Part shown: piece by piece, positions 24,117-35,340 of the stretch
Position numbering within the stretch: position 1 is the stretch's first letter
Layout of the letters: every line of letters begins with the position of its first letter
NCBI RefSeq assembly: GCF_035084215.1
Contig: NC_090351.1
Coordinates: 13,640,001 to 13,704,000, forward strand
DNA from: Heptranchias perlo
Lineage: Eukaryota
Length of the DNA stretch: 64,000 nt
Direction of reading: 5' to 3'
The notes under the pieces: generated by a model
What the model was told of the DNA's origin: nothing
Seen by the model: only the letters and a program-made list of their open reading frames with translations
Database searches by the model: none
Made by a program: the position numbers and the translations under genes

Positions 24117-24176
24117 ATGGAAAAATCTCGGACCTGTATCAAGTACCTCATGTTTCTGTCCAATAGTTTAATTTTT
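24117..24176 (+). CDS. TSPAN18: Tetraspanin coding exon 1 ([20 protein letters not shown]); acceptor AG at 24074-24075, exon starts 24076
   Basis: CxKYLMFxxN motif typical of tetraspanin TM1; donor GTAAGT at 24177. Confidence 0.92.
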
Positions 24177-27100
24177 GTAAGTAACTGGCTGGTCATATTT
24201 CTGGAGAGATAAGAATGGCTATTTGAATGGAGACAGGCACTTGGTAGAAAACTCTGGGAATATTCATGAGATTGGTAATTACAAGAGATGATATTAAAAC
24301 CTGTGTCTATGGCAACAGGCAATGTTATTCAATAACTTTAATCAAATACATGCCGTGTAATTTTATTAAAGTCTAGAATGCAGCTTAATTGTATTATGAG
24401 GTAAAGGGTACTTTATCTTAAAAACAGTCATGAAATAATATCCAGGAGCTGTGGAGATTATTGCAGGATTCTTGATGAATTTTAATGCAGGATGCTGCAA
24501 CTCACTGTAATAACCTTGCTATGGTCTGTTACAGGCAGGGGGTATTTGTCTGCTGGGAGTTGGCATCTGGGTTACAACCAACCCTAATGGCTTCAAGAAC
24601 ATTGTGACCGCAAACCCTTTGATCTATACTGGGGCTTACATCATCCTGTCAGTCGGGGTAATTCTCTTCTTCCTAGGGTTCTTAGGTTGCTGGGGAGCCA
24701 TCCGAGAGAGCAAACAACTGCTTATGACTGTACGTACAGCAACTTGATTCTTTCAGATTTTTTTTGATTGATGTACAGAGGTGTGAGAATGCTTAAAATT
24801 CAATCTTAATTTCCCACCCCCTCCCACCCCGAAATTTATAATCAATGAGATAAATTGCAAATTACTCCTTCAATAGGGTAACACCAACATGTGCAACACC
24901 CAATTTTCTCTTTTGAAGGTGCTAGGTTTCCAAGGGTATTGTTCCACATACGCCATCCGCCCTCCGGTCCCTTGCCCAGCTGGCCATTCGTCACATTTGT
25001 GCCTGGTGAGTGGCGGCAAGCATTTGGCCATGGGAGCATCATAGCCAAAACCCAATCAGGTCCAGGTCTGAAGTCTGCACCTTTGCACTTCCCATCAAGC
25101 ATTCACTGGGTAGCAAGGAGGACCAGGACCATGTGGCTGAGGTTTTCCCTCTCTGGTCCAGGAGCATTGAGGCTATTTGTAGTAGCTATGCTGTTGGCTC
25201 AGTACAGGCCTTGGTTCCAAATCAGTCTCGAATGCATCATTACCTCAGATAATCAAAAGGTAATGTAAGAACATTGCCTTTTTAAATTTAATTCAGATTC
25301 TTAACATACGAATTAGAATTATGTCAGGGATTAGTGTCTGCTCACCAGCCAATTGGACAAAATTATTTTAATAAATTAAAGGTGATTATGTAGTGTGCTC
25401 ATCTCTAGAAATACGAATCAATGCTGCACCATATTTACGTTTCACACTCCTTCATTCTAAGATGCCGCACACAACACGGATCTTTTCTGGTGGTCTGATA
25501 ATTGTTGAAAGTGGTGGCTTTCAAACTTTTCTGACTGGTGGACCCCCTGTAAAATATTGACACAATCCCAGTGACCCCTATAAAATATGGACAAACCACA
25601 AGAGCCCCCCAGTAAATATTGGCACATTTCCAATGACCCTTGTAAGATATGGACACACTCCAAGGGATACCCTGTAAAGTACTGACAAATTCTAAGGGGC
25701 CCCCAGTAAATATTGACTCACTCTCAGGGACCCCCTGTAATATGTTGGCACACTCCCAGGGAGACCCTGCAAAATATTGTCACACTCTCACGGATGCTCT
25801 GTAAATATTGACACTTTCAGGGACCCGTGTAAATATTGAAACACTCCCAGGAATCATCTTAAGTGTCAGCCTTGGCTCAGTTGATAGCACTGTCACTGCA
25901 AAGTTAGAAGGTTGTGGGTTCAAGACCCACTCTGGAGACTTGAGCATATAATCTAGGCTGACAATTCAGTGCAATGTTGAGGGAGTACTGCACTGTTGGA
26001 GGTGCCATCTTTTGGATGAGATGTTAAACCAAGGCCCTATCTGCTCTCTCAGGTGGATGTAAAAGATCCCATGACACTGTTTGAAGAAGAGCAGGGGAGT
26101 TCTCCCCGATGTCCTGGCCAATATTTGTCCCTCAACCAACATCACTAAAACAGATTACTTGGTCATTATCTCATTGCTGTTTGTGGGACCTTGCTGTGTG
26201 CTGCTGCGTTTCCTACATTACAACAGTACTTAATTGGTTGTAAAGTGCTTTGGAATGTTCTGAGGTCATGATAGGCGCTATATAAATGCAAATCTTTTCT
26301 TTTTCTTTTTCTTTAACAAATAACCAACTCTTTGAGACCACCTGTAACCTCCAGTTTAAAGACTTGTGCCATACTAGTTTTACAGATTTGCATTAGTCCT
26401 ATCTTTTTTGTAAGATTTGCCAGCCTTAAAGTATTTTTAAAGCCCCTTGTATCATAACTCCATATAAAGTGATGTTTCTTTATCAATGTGTCAATGTAAC
26501 TAGGATAATTTTTCCTTTGAACTTTCCGTTTGTGCTTATTTTAAAAACTGCAAATGAGCCGTCCCCACATTCTTTTCTACATCATCACTGTGTTGAAATG
26601 AAGACTTACTGCAACTTCTCCTACTCTTAATTCATTCATTCCCACTGCCTCAAAACTGTGGGACTCCTTCCCCTCCTGTCCCTTCAGTCTTCCCTTCCTC
26701 CTACAATCAACAAGCTTTTAAACAAAGTTTAACCAGCCCTTCTTCATTTTCTTTGTCATCTACTCTTTTCTTCTTTGGTGCTGAATTCTTCAGTGGCTCT
26801 CGACCCTTCATCCAAGGCCCAATATTATTACAAAATGAATTTGACTGAATAGCAAACCTGAGTAATTTGAAATTATCGAGCTCATGCGCTTACGTACTTG
26901 GGGGCTTGCCTTTACAAAGCAGAAATGCAAAGCTTGTCCTTGAGTGTATCAATGACCTAGGTTGTGAGCAGCTCCTGCTGGTGATTCCAGTTCATCCACA
27001 CTGTGTCTTGCTTCTCTTACACAGTATTCCATCCTATACTGAGAGAAACTTACTAAAAAAACGAGGATCACTTCCTTGCGTTTTCTAAAACTCACTGAGC

Positions 27101-30100
27101 TCAAGCCAAATTGTATATTTATGAATAAAAAAATGAATTCTGTGTGCTACGCCCATAATTCAATAATGTTCATGAGTTTGTTTTAAGTCCTCCCCTAAAT
27201 AAATGAGTAAATGTGACAAGGTAACTGCTAGTCAGTTTATAACTGAATTTCTCCAGCCTGGCTCGAACGCCTTCAGAATCACACAGCCTCGTGAAAATCG
27301 AAGGCAAGGCGCCTGTGTAAAGCATCACAGCAAATACCCAGAAACTAGAAGCAGTGCATCAGGTTCAATATCTCTGGTTTGAAGTGTCAGATTTTAGATT
27401 TCTGGTGTTAGTGAAATCGTAATTGCATATTTAAGACTTTGCTATAAATGGCAAACAGCGTAAATATTCCCCACATCGCGACTCGAACAGATAGTTAAAG
27501 GCATTAGGATTAATTGATTGTGTGCTGTTAATTGCAGTTTTTGCTGCTGATTCTGATCATTTTCATCCTGGAGTTGGTTGCAGCTGCCCTTGCATTAGTC
27601 TTCAGAAAGCAGGTAAGTACAATGACCAGAAATAAAACTGTTACTTTTCAGCTATTTGTTAGAAATTACCGTGCACCGTATACTAATACTGTCATTTATT
27701 TTCAGATAAGAAAGGATTATTTCTTAAAGGAATTGCAGATGAAGTATAAAGGAGACAATTCTACAGATGCCTTTTCAAAGACCTGGAATACCATTATGAT
27801 AGGCGTAAGTTTAAAAAAAAATTCTCTCCTTCCTCCTCACCACCCAAAGACACTGATTTATGCTGCCTATAGTTCCGCAGGCACCAGTTGCCAACTTGTG
27901 CCTCACCCAAGTGAGTGCTGACCAGCTAATTGGCCGTGTGATGCATCACAAGTGAGTGTCAACAGGCTGCTTGGCCGTGTGATGCATCACAAATGAGAGC
28001 CAACAGGCTGCTTGGCCGTGTGATGCATCACAAAAATGAGAATTGACAGGCTGCTTGACCGTGTGATGCACCACGAGTGAGTGACAACAGGCTGCTTGGC
28101 CACGTGATGCATCACAAGTGAGTGTGATTCTATATTCATTTACTCCCACACTTGTACTCTTCAGCAGGGTCACAGGATGGTGTGTTGGGGCAAGAACCTT
28201 TCTCTCTTCCCTAACACGGCAGCAGTGGTGCTGGTTGTAGCACATTGACTGATGCCTTGGGCAAGACCAACTAACTCAGTACTGCGTGGGTTTGAATCTG
28301 GATCTCCTTGACCTGTTGGCTCACCTATGTTAAGAGTCACAGGGTACACAACCTCGGGTACCTTACTGTTTATGTTGCAGAACCTCTTCCACTGGATTCA
28401 GTGTTATTATCCAGTGAGCCCTGCTGGAAAGTGCTTGTGTGTGGGTGTCGGGTGACAATAGAGTTGAACCCTGCTGTGGTACACGGCCTGACCAAGCAGA
28501 GAAACAGGCCATCCAGCCCATCAAGTTGTGTGCTGGTGTTTTTCTCCACCCAGACTCCTGCTTGCCTCCTGTACCCTTTAATGTTCCTTTCACTGTGAAG
28601 TAGAATTTGTATCAAAGACTTATTAGTATCAAAGTTGATGACTTGTCGTTTCAGTTTTCCTGCTGTGGTGTAAATGGGCCTCGCGATTTTGGACAGAATT
28701 CCACTTTTCACGAGCTTTTCCCCCGTATGCTATTACCTGAAGCATGTTGTAAGAGGAACAGCACAATCCTTGCGGAGGTGTTTCTAGACAAGAACAAATG
28801 TTTACAGGGAGACACTGGCTACATGAACAACAAGGTAAATGGAATATCTCCATGAAGCATTTGTTGTAAAGAGGCACTAATTCTTACCAAACAAGTTGGT
28901 AGGATTGTTACAAATCATACTGGTAGCTCCAACCAGTCAGATCTCAGGATTTATACGATGTGTTTATCTCTTAAATTATGTAAATATGATTACATTTTTG
29001 ATGGGGTTCAGTAAGCTAAGCAGGGGTCTATGAGACCAAGTTGGGTTCATAGAATCATACAACACAGAAGGAGGCCATTCGGCCCATTGTGCCTGTGCTG
29101 GCTCCTTTAAAGAGCTATCCAAATAGTCCCACTCCCTTGCTCTTTCCCCATTGCCCTGCAAATGTTTCCTTTGCAAGTATATATCCAATTCCCCTTTTGA
29201 AAATTACTATTTAATCTGCTTCCACCACCCTTTCAGGCAGTGCATTCCAGATCATTACAATTCACCGCGTAAAAGAAATTCTCACTTCCCCTCTGGTTCT
29301 TTTGCCAATTATCTTAAATCTGTGTCCTCTGGTTACCAACCCTTCTACCAGTGGAAACAGTTTTTCCCTATCTACTCTATCAAAACCCTTCAAAAGGGTT
29401 GTATGAAAGAATCTATCTTTGGTCTACATTACAATTGCCAGCATAGGAATATAGGAACAGGAGTAGGCCATTCAGCCCCTCATGCCTGCTCTGCCATTTG
29501 ATAAGATCATGGCTGATCTGTGATCTAACTCCATATACCTGCCTTTGGCCCATATGCCTTAATACCCTTGATTGCCAAAAAGCTATCTATCTCAGATTTA
29601 AATTTAGCAATTGAGCTAGTATCAATTGCCGTTTGCAGAAGAGAGTTCCAAACTTCTACCATCTTTTGTGTGTATAAATGTTTTCTAATCTCACTCCTGA
29701 AAGGTCTGGCTCTAATTTTTAGACTGTGCCCCCGACTCCTAGAATCCCCAACCAGCGGAAATAGTTTCTCTCTATCCACCCTATCTGTTCCTCTTAATAT
29801 ATAATCTTCGATCAGATCACCATTCAACCTTCTAAACTCTGGAGAATACAACCCCAATTTGTGTAATCTCTCCTCGTAACTTAACCCTTGAAGTCCGGGT
29901 ATCATTCTAGTAAACCTACGCTGCACTCCCTCCAAGGCCAATATGTCCTTCCGAAGGTGCGGTGCCCAGAACTGCTCACAGTACTCCAGGTGCGGTGTAA
30001 CCAGGGTTTTGTATAGCTGCAGCTTAACTCCTGCCCCCTTGTACTCTAGTCCTCTAGATATAAAGGCCAGCATTCCATTAGCCCTATTGATTATTTTCTG

Positions 30101-33100
30101 CACCTGTTCATGATACTTCAATGATCTATGTACCTGAACCCCTAAGTCCCTTTGGACATCCACTGTTTTTAACTTTTTACCATTTGGAAAGTACCCTGTT
30201 CTATCCTTTTTTGATCCAAAGTGGATGACCTCACATTTGCCTACATTGAATTCCATTTGCCACAGTTTGGCCCATTCACCTAATCTATCAATATCCCTTT
30301 GTAATTTTATGTTTTCATCTAAACTGCTTATAATGCCACCAATCTTTGTGTCATCGGCAAACTTAGATATGAGACTTTCTATGCCTTCATCTAAGTCGTT
30401 AATAAATATTGTGAATAATTGAGGCCCCAAGACAGATCCCTGCGGGACTCTACTAGTCACATGAAACCTTGTGGTCGATTTCCACGTAAGCTCGCTGCCT
30501 GCCTGTTGAACTTCTATGGAGTCCTAAACCATTTTCATGGTCAGGCCAAATTTTAATAATGCTCCACCTGGGCCCACAAAAATCATTAAATTAACTTGCC
30601 TTTGATGTTCGGATTTAAGGACCGCTAGTTAGGCTGCTCTACGTAGAGTTCCAATGGGTGGGGCTTGAGCAGCACACGTGTGCCCAATGGAACTCTAGAA
30701 TGGCATGCTCCATTTCCGGCTGGAGTCTTGGCTGCCTATTTCCCGGCCTGGACAAAATCAGGGGCAGGCCAGACGTCAGTGGCAACGGGGTGATAAGTCT
30801 TTTTACCGTTCCTGCTGAAAAAACAAGGCGGTAGGAGGATCAAAATTGGCATCCTTGTTTCTTCAATCAGAGGTGTAAAGTCCACTGATGTAAAACGAGC
30901 TGAAAATGGGCCCCATCTACTTCTTCGGGGGTGCTGCCGGCGCCTATTTCTCCTCCACGGGCAACTCGCCCCACAAGATAAAAGGGCCCTCATGTACATT
31001 TCGGGAGGTGGGAGGGGGTTTGGATCGGACAACTTGGGGGTGGATGGGGGGGCGATCACCAGGACTGCAGATTCGGGGGAATGCTCCTGCTCCTTCTGGT
31101 GCCACAGAAAGGTTTTTTAAAAAAAAAGTTTTCAAAACTCATGTTCCATTTGTGGCCGCAGGCCCCATGCCTGCCTCACTCTTCAGTAACACATTTTATA
31201 GAGGAGTACATCAACAGGTGTTAGTCCCCTTAAATATGATAATGAAGGGCCTAATGCCTGTTTTAGGCGTCTGCCTGGAACACTTAAAAAATTTTTTTAA
31301 ATGGTCCCCTCAAATTTAGGAGCGGGAGCAATGCCTGTGCAGATTGGGTGCAAGCCGTCCCACTGCTAAATTGGTATGCTTTGCACCCGTTTTACACCCG
31401 AAAATCTACCCCAATGAGTTACTCTTCTGTGGTTGCAGACAAATAGAAAGAAGGCCAGTATGAGGAGAGAAACAGCAGAAGAATAGTAATGAACATAACT
31501 GGAAGCACATACACGTTTGCAGGTAGAGACAGGAAGAAAGAAAATTTTACCTGCGGTTGTTTGATGACACTAGTAGATCTCTTGCGGCATTTCTCATGGT
31601 GAATTGGTGGGGGGGGGTCATACTTTTAGAGCAATGGGGGTATTATCAACAAAGTGTCGTGGGAAAGTCTTACAGGAAGTGTGACATATACAGGAAATGC
31701 TTGCTGTATTCAAGACTTTAAGTAAATTAGAGATTATAGCACAATGTTGACTCTTCATAGCTGTAGCTTTCATTCTCCTTTGTTGTTTCAGGGATGTTTC
31801 TCAATGATTGCAGAGAATTTTCGGAATTACGTTCATCTGATTGGAACGTTCAGTATAATAGTGCTTTTAATTGAGGTAAGGTCACATTTATGCAGATATA
31901 AAAACCTTGAAATGCTGCACAGATTAAAAGGAAAGTGGAAGATTTCCTCTGTTCACTGCTTGTCGTGAAACTGTAAGCATGTTTTTTACAAATACGTTTA
32001 CAAATGGCAAATGAGGAAATCTTTCTCCAAGGTGTTCTGGTATCACCATCATTGCATAAAAGGAGCTTTCCTGTTGCTGTCTAAACATGTACATGTTAAT
32101 CGTTGGGTGAGGAGGTCTGTACATGCACGGGCGGGAGAGTTGTGGTTTGAGTCAGGCAGTATAAATGGGGCACTGCCTGACTGGAAGCCTTATGGCACCA
32201 GCCTGAGACCAGTAGCCAAAGTATTAATGAACCAAAAGACCAACTCTGGACATCTGGGTTGTTTTGTCATGACTGTCACATCGAACAAAACTGTAAAAAA
32301 AACAATTGTGCAAAGTCCCTTGGAGGCATTTCTGCTCAAAGCACTTTCCTTCCAAATGTGCTTTAACAGCGGCGCCATAGAGATACCAGAGGATGGCTGC
32401 TGTTTGTGGAACTGCAGCAAGAGTTTGTGTCTTCAGGAGAGGATGGGAGAGAAATTGATTTATGCAACTATGAAATTGGTAGCTCCAAGCATTAAATAGA
32501 AAGGTCTCCCAAATAGAAAGGTGCCTGTAACTCAAACTGCTGTGCCTCAGTTGGGTGAATTTTTCCAATTCTACGTAGTAGACTGTGCAATTGACTTGCA
32601 CTATCTAAAGGGTTTTTTTTTTGTCCGCACTGTGTTTAAGTGACTTTTCCTGTTGGCAGATCACCTTTCAAGCAGGGGAAGGACAGACACAGGGAAGCAG
32701 ATCTTGACTTTATGCGATAGTGTAAGACGGGCGATGTCAGATCAGAGGACAAAGGAAATCTTCCCCTTTCCTTTCATTCTGTGCAATCTCTCCCTATTAG
32801 AGGAAAGTAAAATCAGGAGAGATGTATAACGGGCGGCTGATCAGATATTACCCATTTTACACTATCGTCCAAAATCAAACTTATCCCATGGTGAGAGAAA
32901 AATGGCAGGAAAAGATTAGCAATAAATTAAAATATAATAATCTCTGGGAAATTTGATGTTATGAATTCATTTTCAGAAAAGCACAATTACGTCCGATTGA
33001 GGTGCTCAGCTCCAATTAGATTGTGTGATGTGGATGCTTTGCCCCATTTTCTTCCTTCCCTATTTACTTCCTGTTATGCACCACAAACTGTACATCCCCT

Positions 33101-33245
33101 GTCCCCCGGGGAAGCAATGTGTGAGAAAAGTTCAATAACTCAGAGCAAACTTTGTGTTACGACGTAGAACAAATCCGGTTTTCCTTTTCCTTTGCAGCTT
33201 GGCGCTATGGCTTTTGCAATCTTCGTGTACCGGACCTATAACTAG
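24117..33245 (+). CDS. TSPAN18: Tetraspanin-18-like protein, 7 coding exons (24117-24176, 24535-24729, 27538-27612, 27706-27804, 28655-28834, 31792-31875, 33198-33245), 246 aa
   Basis: The spliced ORF is open with GT-AG, phase-0 introns: [32 protein letters not shown]...[53 protein letters not shown]...[20 protein letters not shown]...PEACC...C...NNK/GCF...[19 protein letters not shown]. It has four TM segments and a 6-Cys large loop (CCG, PxxCC, C, GC). Motifs (ANPLxxTGAY, CCGVNGPxDF) and exon sizes match TSPAN18 as I recall it. Orthologue versus paralogue is unresolved. Confidence 0.93.
24535..24729 (+). CDS. TSPAN18: Tetraspanin coding exon 2 (195 nt; end of TM1, small loop, TM2)
   Basis: ttacag acceptor, gtacgt donor; [13 protein letters not shown]...[16 protein letters not shown]. 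Confidence 0.95.
25541..25852 (+). repeat. Degenerate tandem repeat of about 31-32 bp, about 10 copies (GACCCCCTGTAAAATATTGACACACTCCCAGG)
   Basis: gtaaa(a)tattgacac recurs at about 31-32 bp spacing. Confidence 0.85.
25863..26314 (+). mobile_element. Full-length Deu-domain tRNA-SINE (SacSINE1-like), intronic
   Basis: Colinear with 17891-18357. Confidence 0.85.
27538..27612 (+). CDS. TSPAN18: Tetraspanin coding exon 3 (75 nt; TM3)
   Basis: ttgcag acceptor, gtaagt donor; [25 protein letters not shown] with the conserved TM3 Glu. Confidence 0.95.
27706..27804 (+). CDS. TSPAN18: Tetraspanin coding exon 4 (99 nt; start of large extracellular loop)
   Basis: ttttcag acceptor, gtaagt donor; [33 protein letters not shown]. 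Confidence 0.95.
27908..28127 (+). repeat. Tandem repeat of about 41 bp, about 5 copies, each with the palindrome TGTGATGCATCACA or a near match
   Basis: acaggctgcttggccgtgtgatgcatcacaagtgagtg repeated. Confidence 0.9.
28655..28834 (+). CDS. TSPAN18: Tetraspanin coding exon 5 (180 nt; CCG and PEACC motifs)
   Basis: tttcag acceptor, gtaaat donor; [12 protein letters not shown]...LPEACCKR...KCLQG. Confidence 0.96.
29048..29390 (-). mobile_element. CR1 3' fragment
   Basis: catagaatcatacaacacagaaggaggccattcggccc tail; homologous to 37631-38090. Confidence 0.85.
29442..30462 (-). mobile_element. 5'-truncated CR1, same young subfamily as 9245-11146
   Basis: ORF 29525-30460 ([13 protein letters not shown]) is nearly identical to the ORF at 10342-11055. 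Confidence 0.95.
30470..31412. mobile_element. GC-rich non-autonomous DNA transposon remnants (Harbinger-like)
   Basis: Terminus cgaaaatctacccc resembles the GGGTAGATTTTC TIR at 57194; ctcctgctccttctgg motif shared with other copies. Confidence 0.4.
31792..31875 (+). CDS. TSPAN18: Tetraspanin coding exon 6 (84 nt; GC motif, TM4)
   Basis: tttcag acceptor, gtaagg donor; [28 protein letters not shown]. Confidence 0.95.
32695..32887. mobile_element. Palindromic MITE remnant in the last tetraspanin intron
   Basis: Imperfect arms of about 50 bp: cgatagtgtaagacggg...gatcag and ctgatcag...cccattttacactatcg. Confidence 0.6.
33198..33245 (+). CDS. TSPAN18: Tetraspanin last coding exon ([15 protein letters not shown])
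   Basis: Strong polypyrimidine acceptor ttccttttcctttgcag; TAG at 33243-33245. Confidence 0.93.
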   Translation, partial: LGAMAFAIFVYRTYN

Positions 33246-34238
33246 TACTGACCATCGTCAGGAGGAAGGGGCAAAGACCCACTGGTTGTTGAACAAAATA
33301 AAAAGAAACAGGCAGCAAGAAACACCCTACGTTTGCTGGACAATGACTGGGTGGCTGTGCGTAGCCCGCAGTGATTTACTGAGACTGTATTCAAATAACG
33401 GCTAAAATCGGGTTTGAGAAGGAAAGACGCAAACTCCAACAAAGAAAAACACACAAGATAAAACCAAACCATTTTTATATTTCAGTCTACACATTTATAT
33501 TCTTTGTTTTAGCCCCATTAAGAATGTGCTACTTAACTTTTTGTGTTACTGGCCCTATTTAAATGGTTGTGTAGTGAGGCACTAATGTAATGTGGAGCTA
33601 ATTCTGTTTGAATATTTGTAATATCTCCATTGTATTTTTGACCTTAAACCTGAAAGTCTGTAGTGAAACATCTTTTTAAAGCTGCCCTTTTAATTTATTA
33701 TCCCCCTGTACTTTGCAACTTAGACCTCCCCTCTCTCCCTCCCCCCCGCAACAGATGACCAGCTCCCAGCCTTCTGTTTTTGAGGTGGTTATGAGAAGGA
33801 CACGGGTGATATGGGTCATCTTGTCCACTTCAGCTCCCCCACCACCCCTCCACCTCCCGGTGAGAGTTCAGCTTGGCAACTTCCCCACGCCAGCTTGCCT
33901 GCTGGGATTGGAGACTTGCCATTCCAAGAATCCCATCATACAGCCCGTGCACCATCACTCCGTGCTCGACAGTAACAAGCAGCAAGGACCCTACTTTATG
34001 TTTCCTACTGCCACTGTGGGAGCTGTGTTTTCCCATTGAGATTTTCTCTCAGTGCTAATGGAGAATTCTATTATTTGTTTCACACACTGGTTGTATTCCA
34101 TTGTCTTGGTTTGCAAACGGCTGAAAACTAGCTGTTGTGTAGAGTATATAAAAGCAGTAGAGGATAACACATTTTAAAACTAATTTATTATGCTATGCAA
34201 ATGGAACCTTGTTCCCAAGGCTGGAGAGCCCTCTGAGT

Positions 34239-34244
34239 AATAAA
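34239..34244 (+). terminator. Candidate polyadenylation signal of the tetraspanin 3' UTR
   Basis: AATAAA about 1 kb after the stop and before the next LINE debris. Other AATAAA sites exist near 33297 and 36145. Confidence 0.3.
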
Positions 34245-34479
34245 CGCTTTTGAAAATGGCTAGAAAATTCAGACCAGGGCATAATGAGGTAAGCATTCCT
34301 CTGGTCACCATGGGCAACAACATCAGAAATAGATTTGTGAAGATTTCCTTGTTATAATATTTCTAGTGACATCACAAATGTTCTTTTAGAATTCTTGCCT
34401 CAGTATTTTCTGATGACATGTACAGCGCAGCAAGGGCTCTCAGGTGTCTGATATCAGGGTTATCAATTGGATTTTTAAA

Positions 34480-35340
34480 AACTAACAGAACATACTGGAT
34501 GATTGTATCGTATGTCTCTTCTCTCGTAACAAGTTACCTATAACTGAAGTTAAACTCGTGGGCCTATAATTTTCCGATTGACTTATTGCCCTTTTTAAAT
34601 ACAGACATCACACGGCCTCTCTCCAGTCCAATGGAACAATCCAAGACTTTAGGGAGCTGTTAAATACATGAGCTGATGGCATGCATAATACAACCCCCAC
34701 TTCTTCGCGCACCCTAGGGTGAATACCGTCAGGGCCCAGCAGCCCGATCTGTTTTAAGAGCCCTAATTCTCACGAGATGAGAATTATTTCTACATCCACT
34801 TCTCCATATTAAATTTTAGCATCATCTCCAAGTACAGCACTGGCTCAGCATCATTCTTCAGTAGTGGAGACGGATACAAAGTTACCATTTATAACCTCAC
34901 CCATATAGAATCATAGAATCTTACAACACACAGAAGGAGACCGTTCAGCCCATCGTGCCTGTGCCGGCTTTTTGAAAGAGCTATCCAATTAATCCCACTC
35001 GCCGGCTCTTTCCCCATAGCCCTGCAATTTTCTCCCCTTCAAGTATGTATCCCTTTTGAAAGTAACTATTGAATCTGCTTCCACCACCCTTTCAGGCATT
35101 CCAGATCATAATTACTTGGGACTCGACCCAAATCTGCCCTGCAGAATCCTGCAGTGGACCTATACCATCCTTGATGGCTTTCTGACTCCTAACATAGCTC
35201 AAAAACATAGCTATCAATGCCATTCCTATCCACTATCTTCTTTTCCATTAATTTTTTTCACAAATCTGGTAACAGATTTTGTTGTCCTCAACTGAATCAG
35301 AATCCCATCCTTATTCATTTGAGAGTTGTTTACCTTGCAC
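34480..35340 (-). mobile_element. Old CR1 RT-region debris with a younger CR1 3' tail inserted (34902-35112)
   Basis: Minus-strand AAGPDGIHPRV near 34720; tail atagaatcatagaatc...gaaggagaccgttcagccc. Confidence 0.6.

Noticed and set aside
27532-27921. Single 129-aa ORF from the track
   Set aside because: It is two tetraspanin exons plus intron read-through, not an independent gene.
27908-28127. CRISPR-like palindromic repeats with spacers
   Set aside because: The variable segments are only about 12 nt and are related to each other, so this is a tandem repeat.
30646-30697. 15-bp stem hairpin (tagagttccaatggg / cccaatggaactcta)
   Set aside because: It lies inside a MITE-like remnant, where such dyads are expected.
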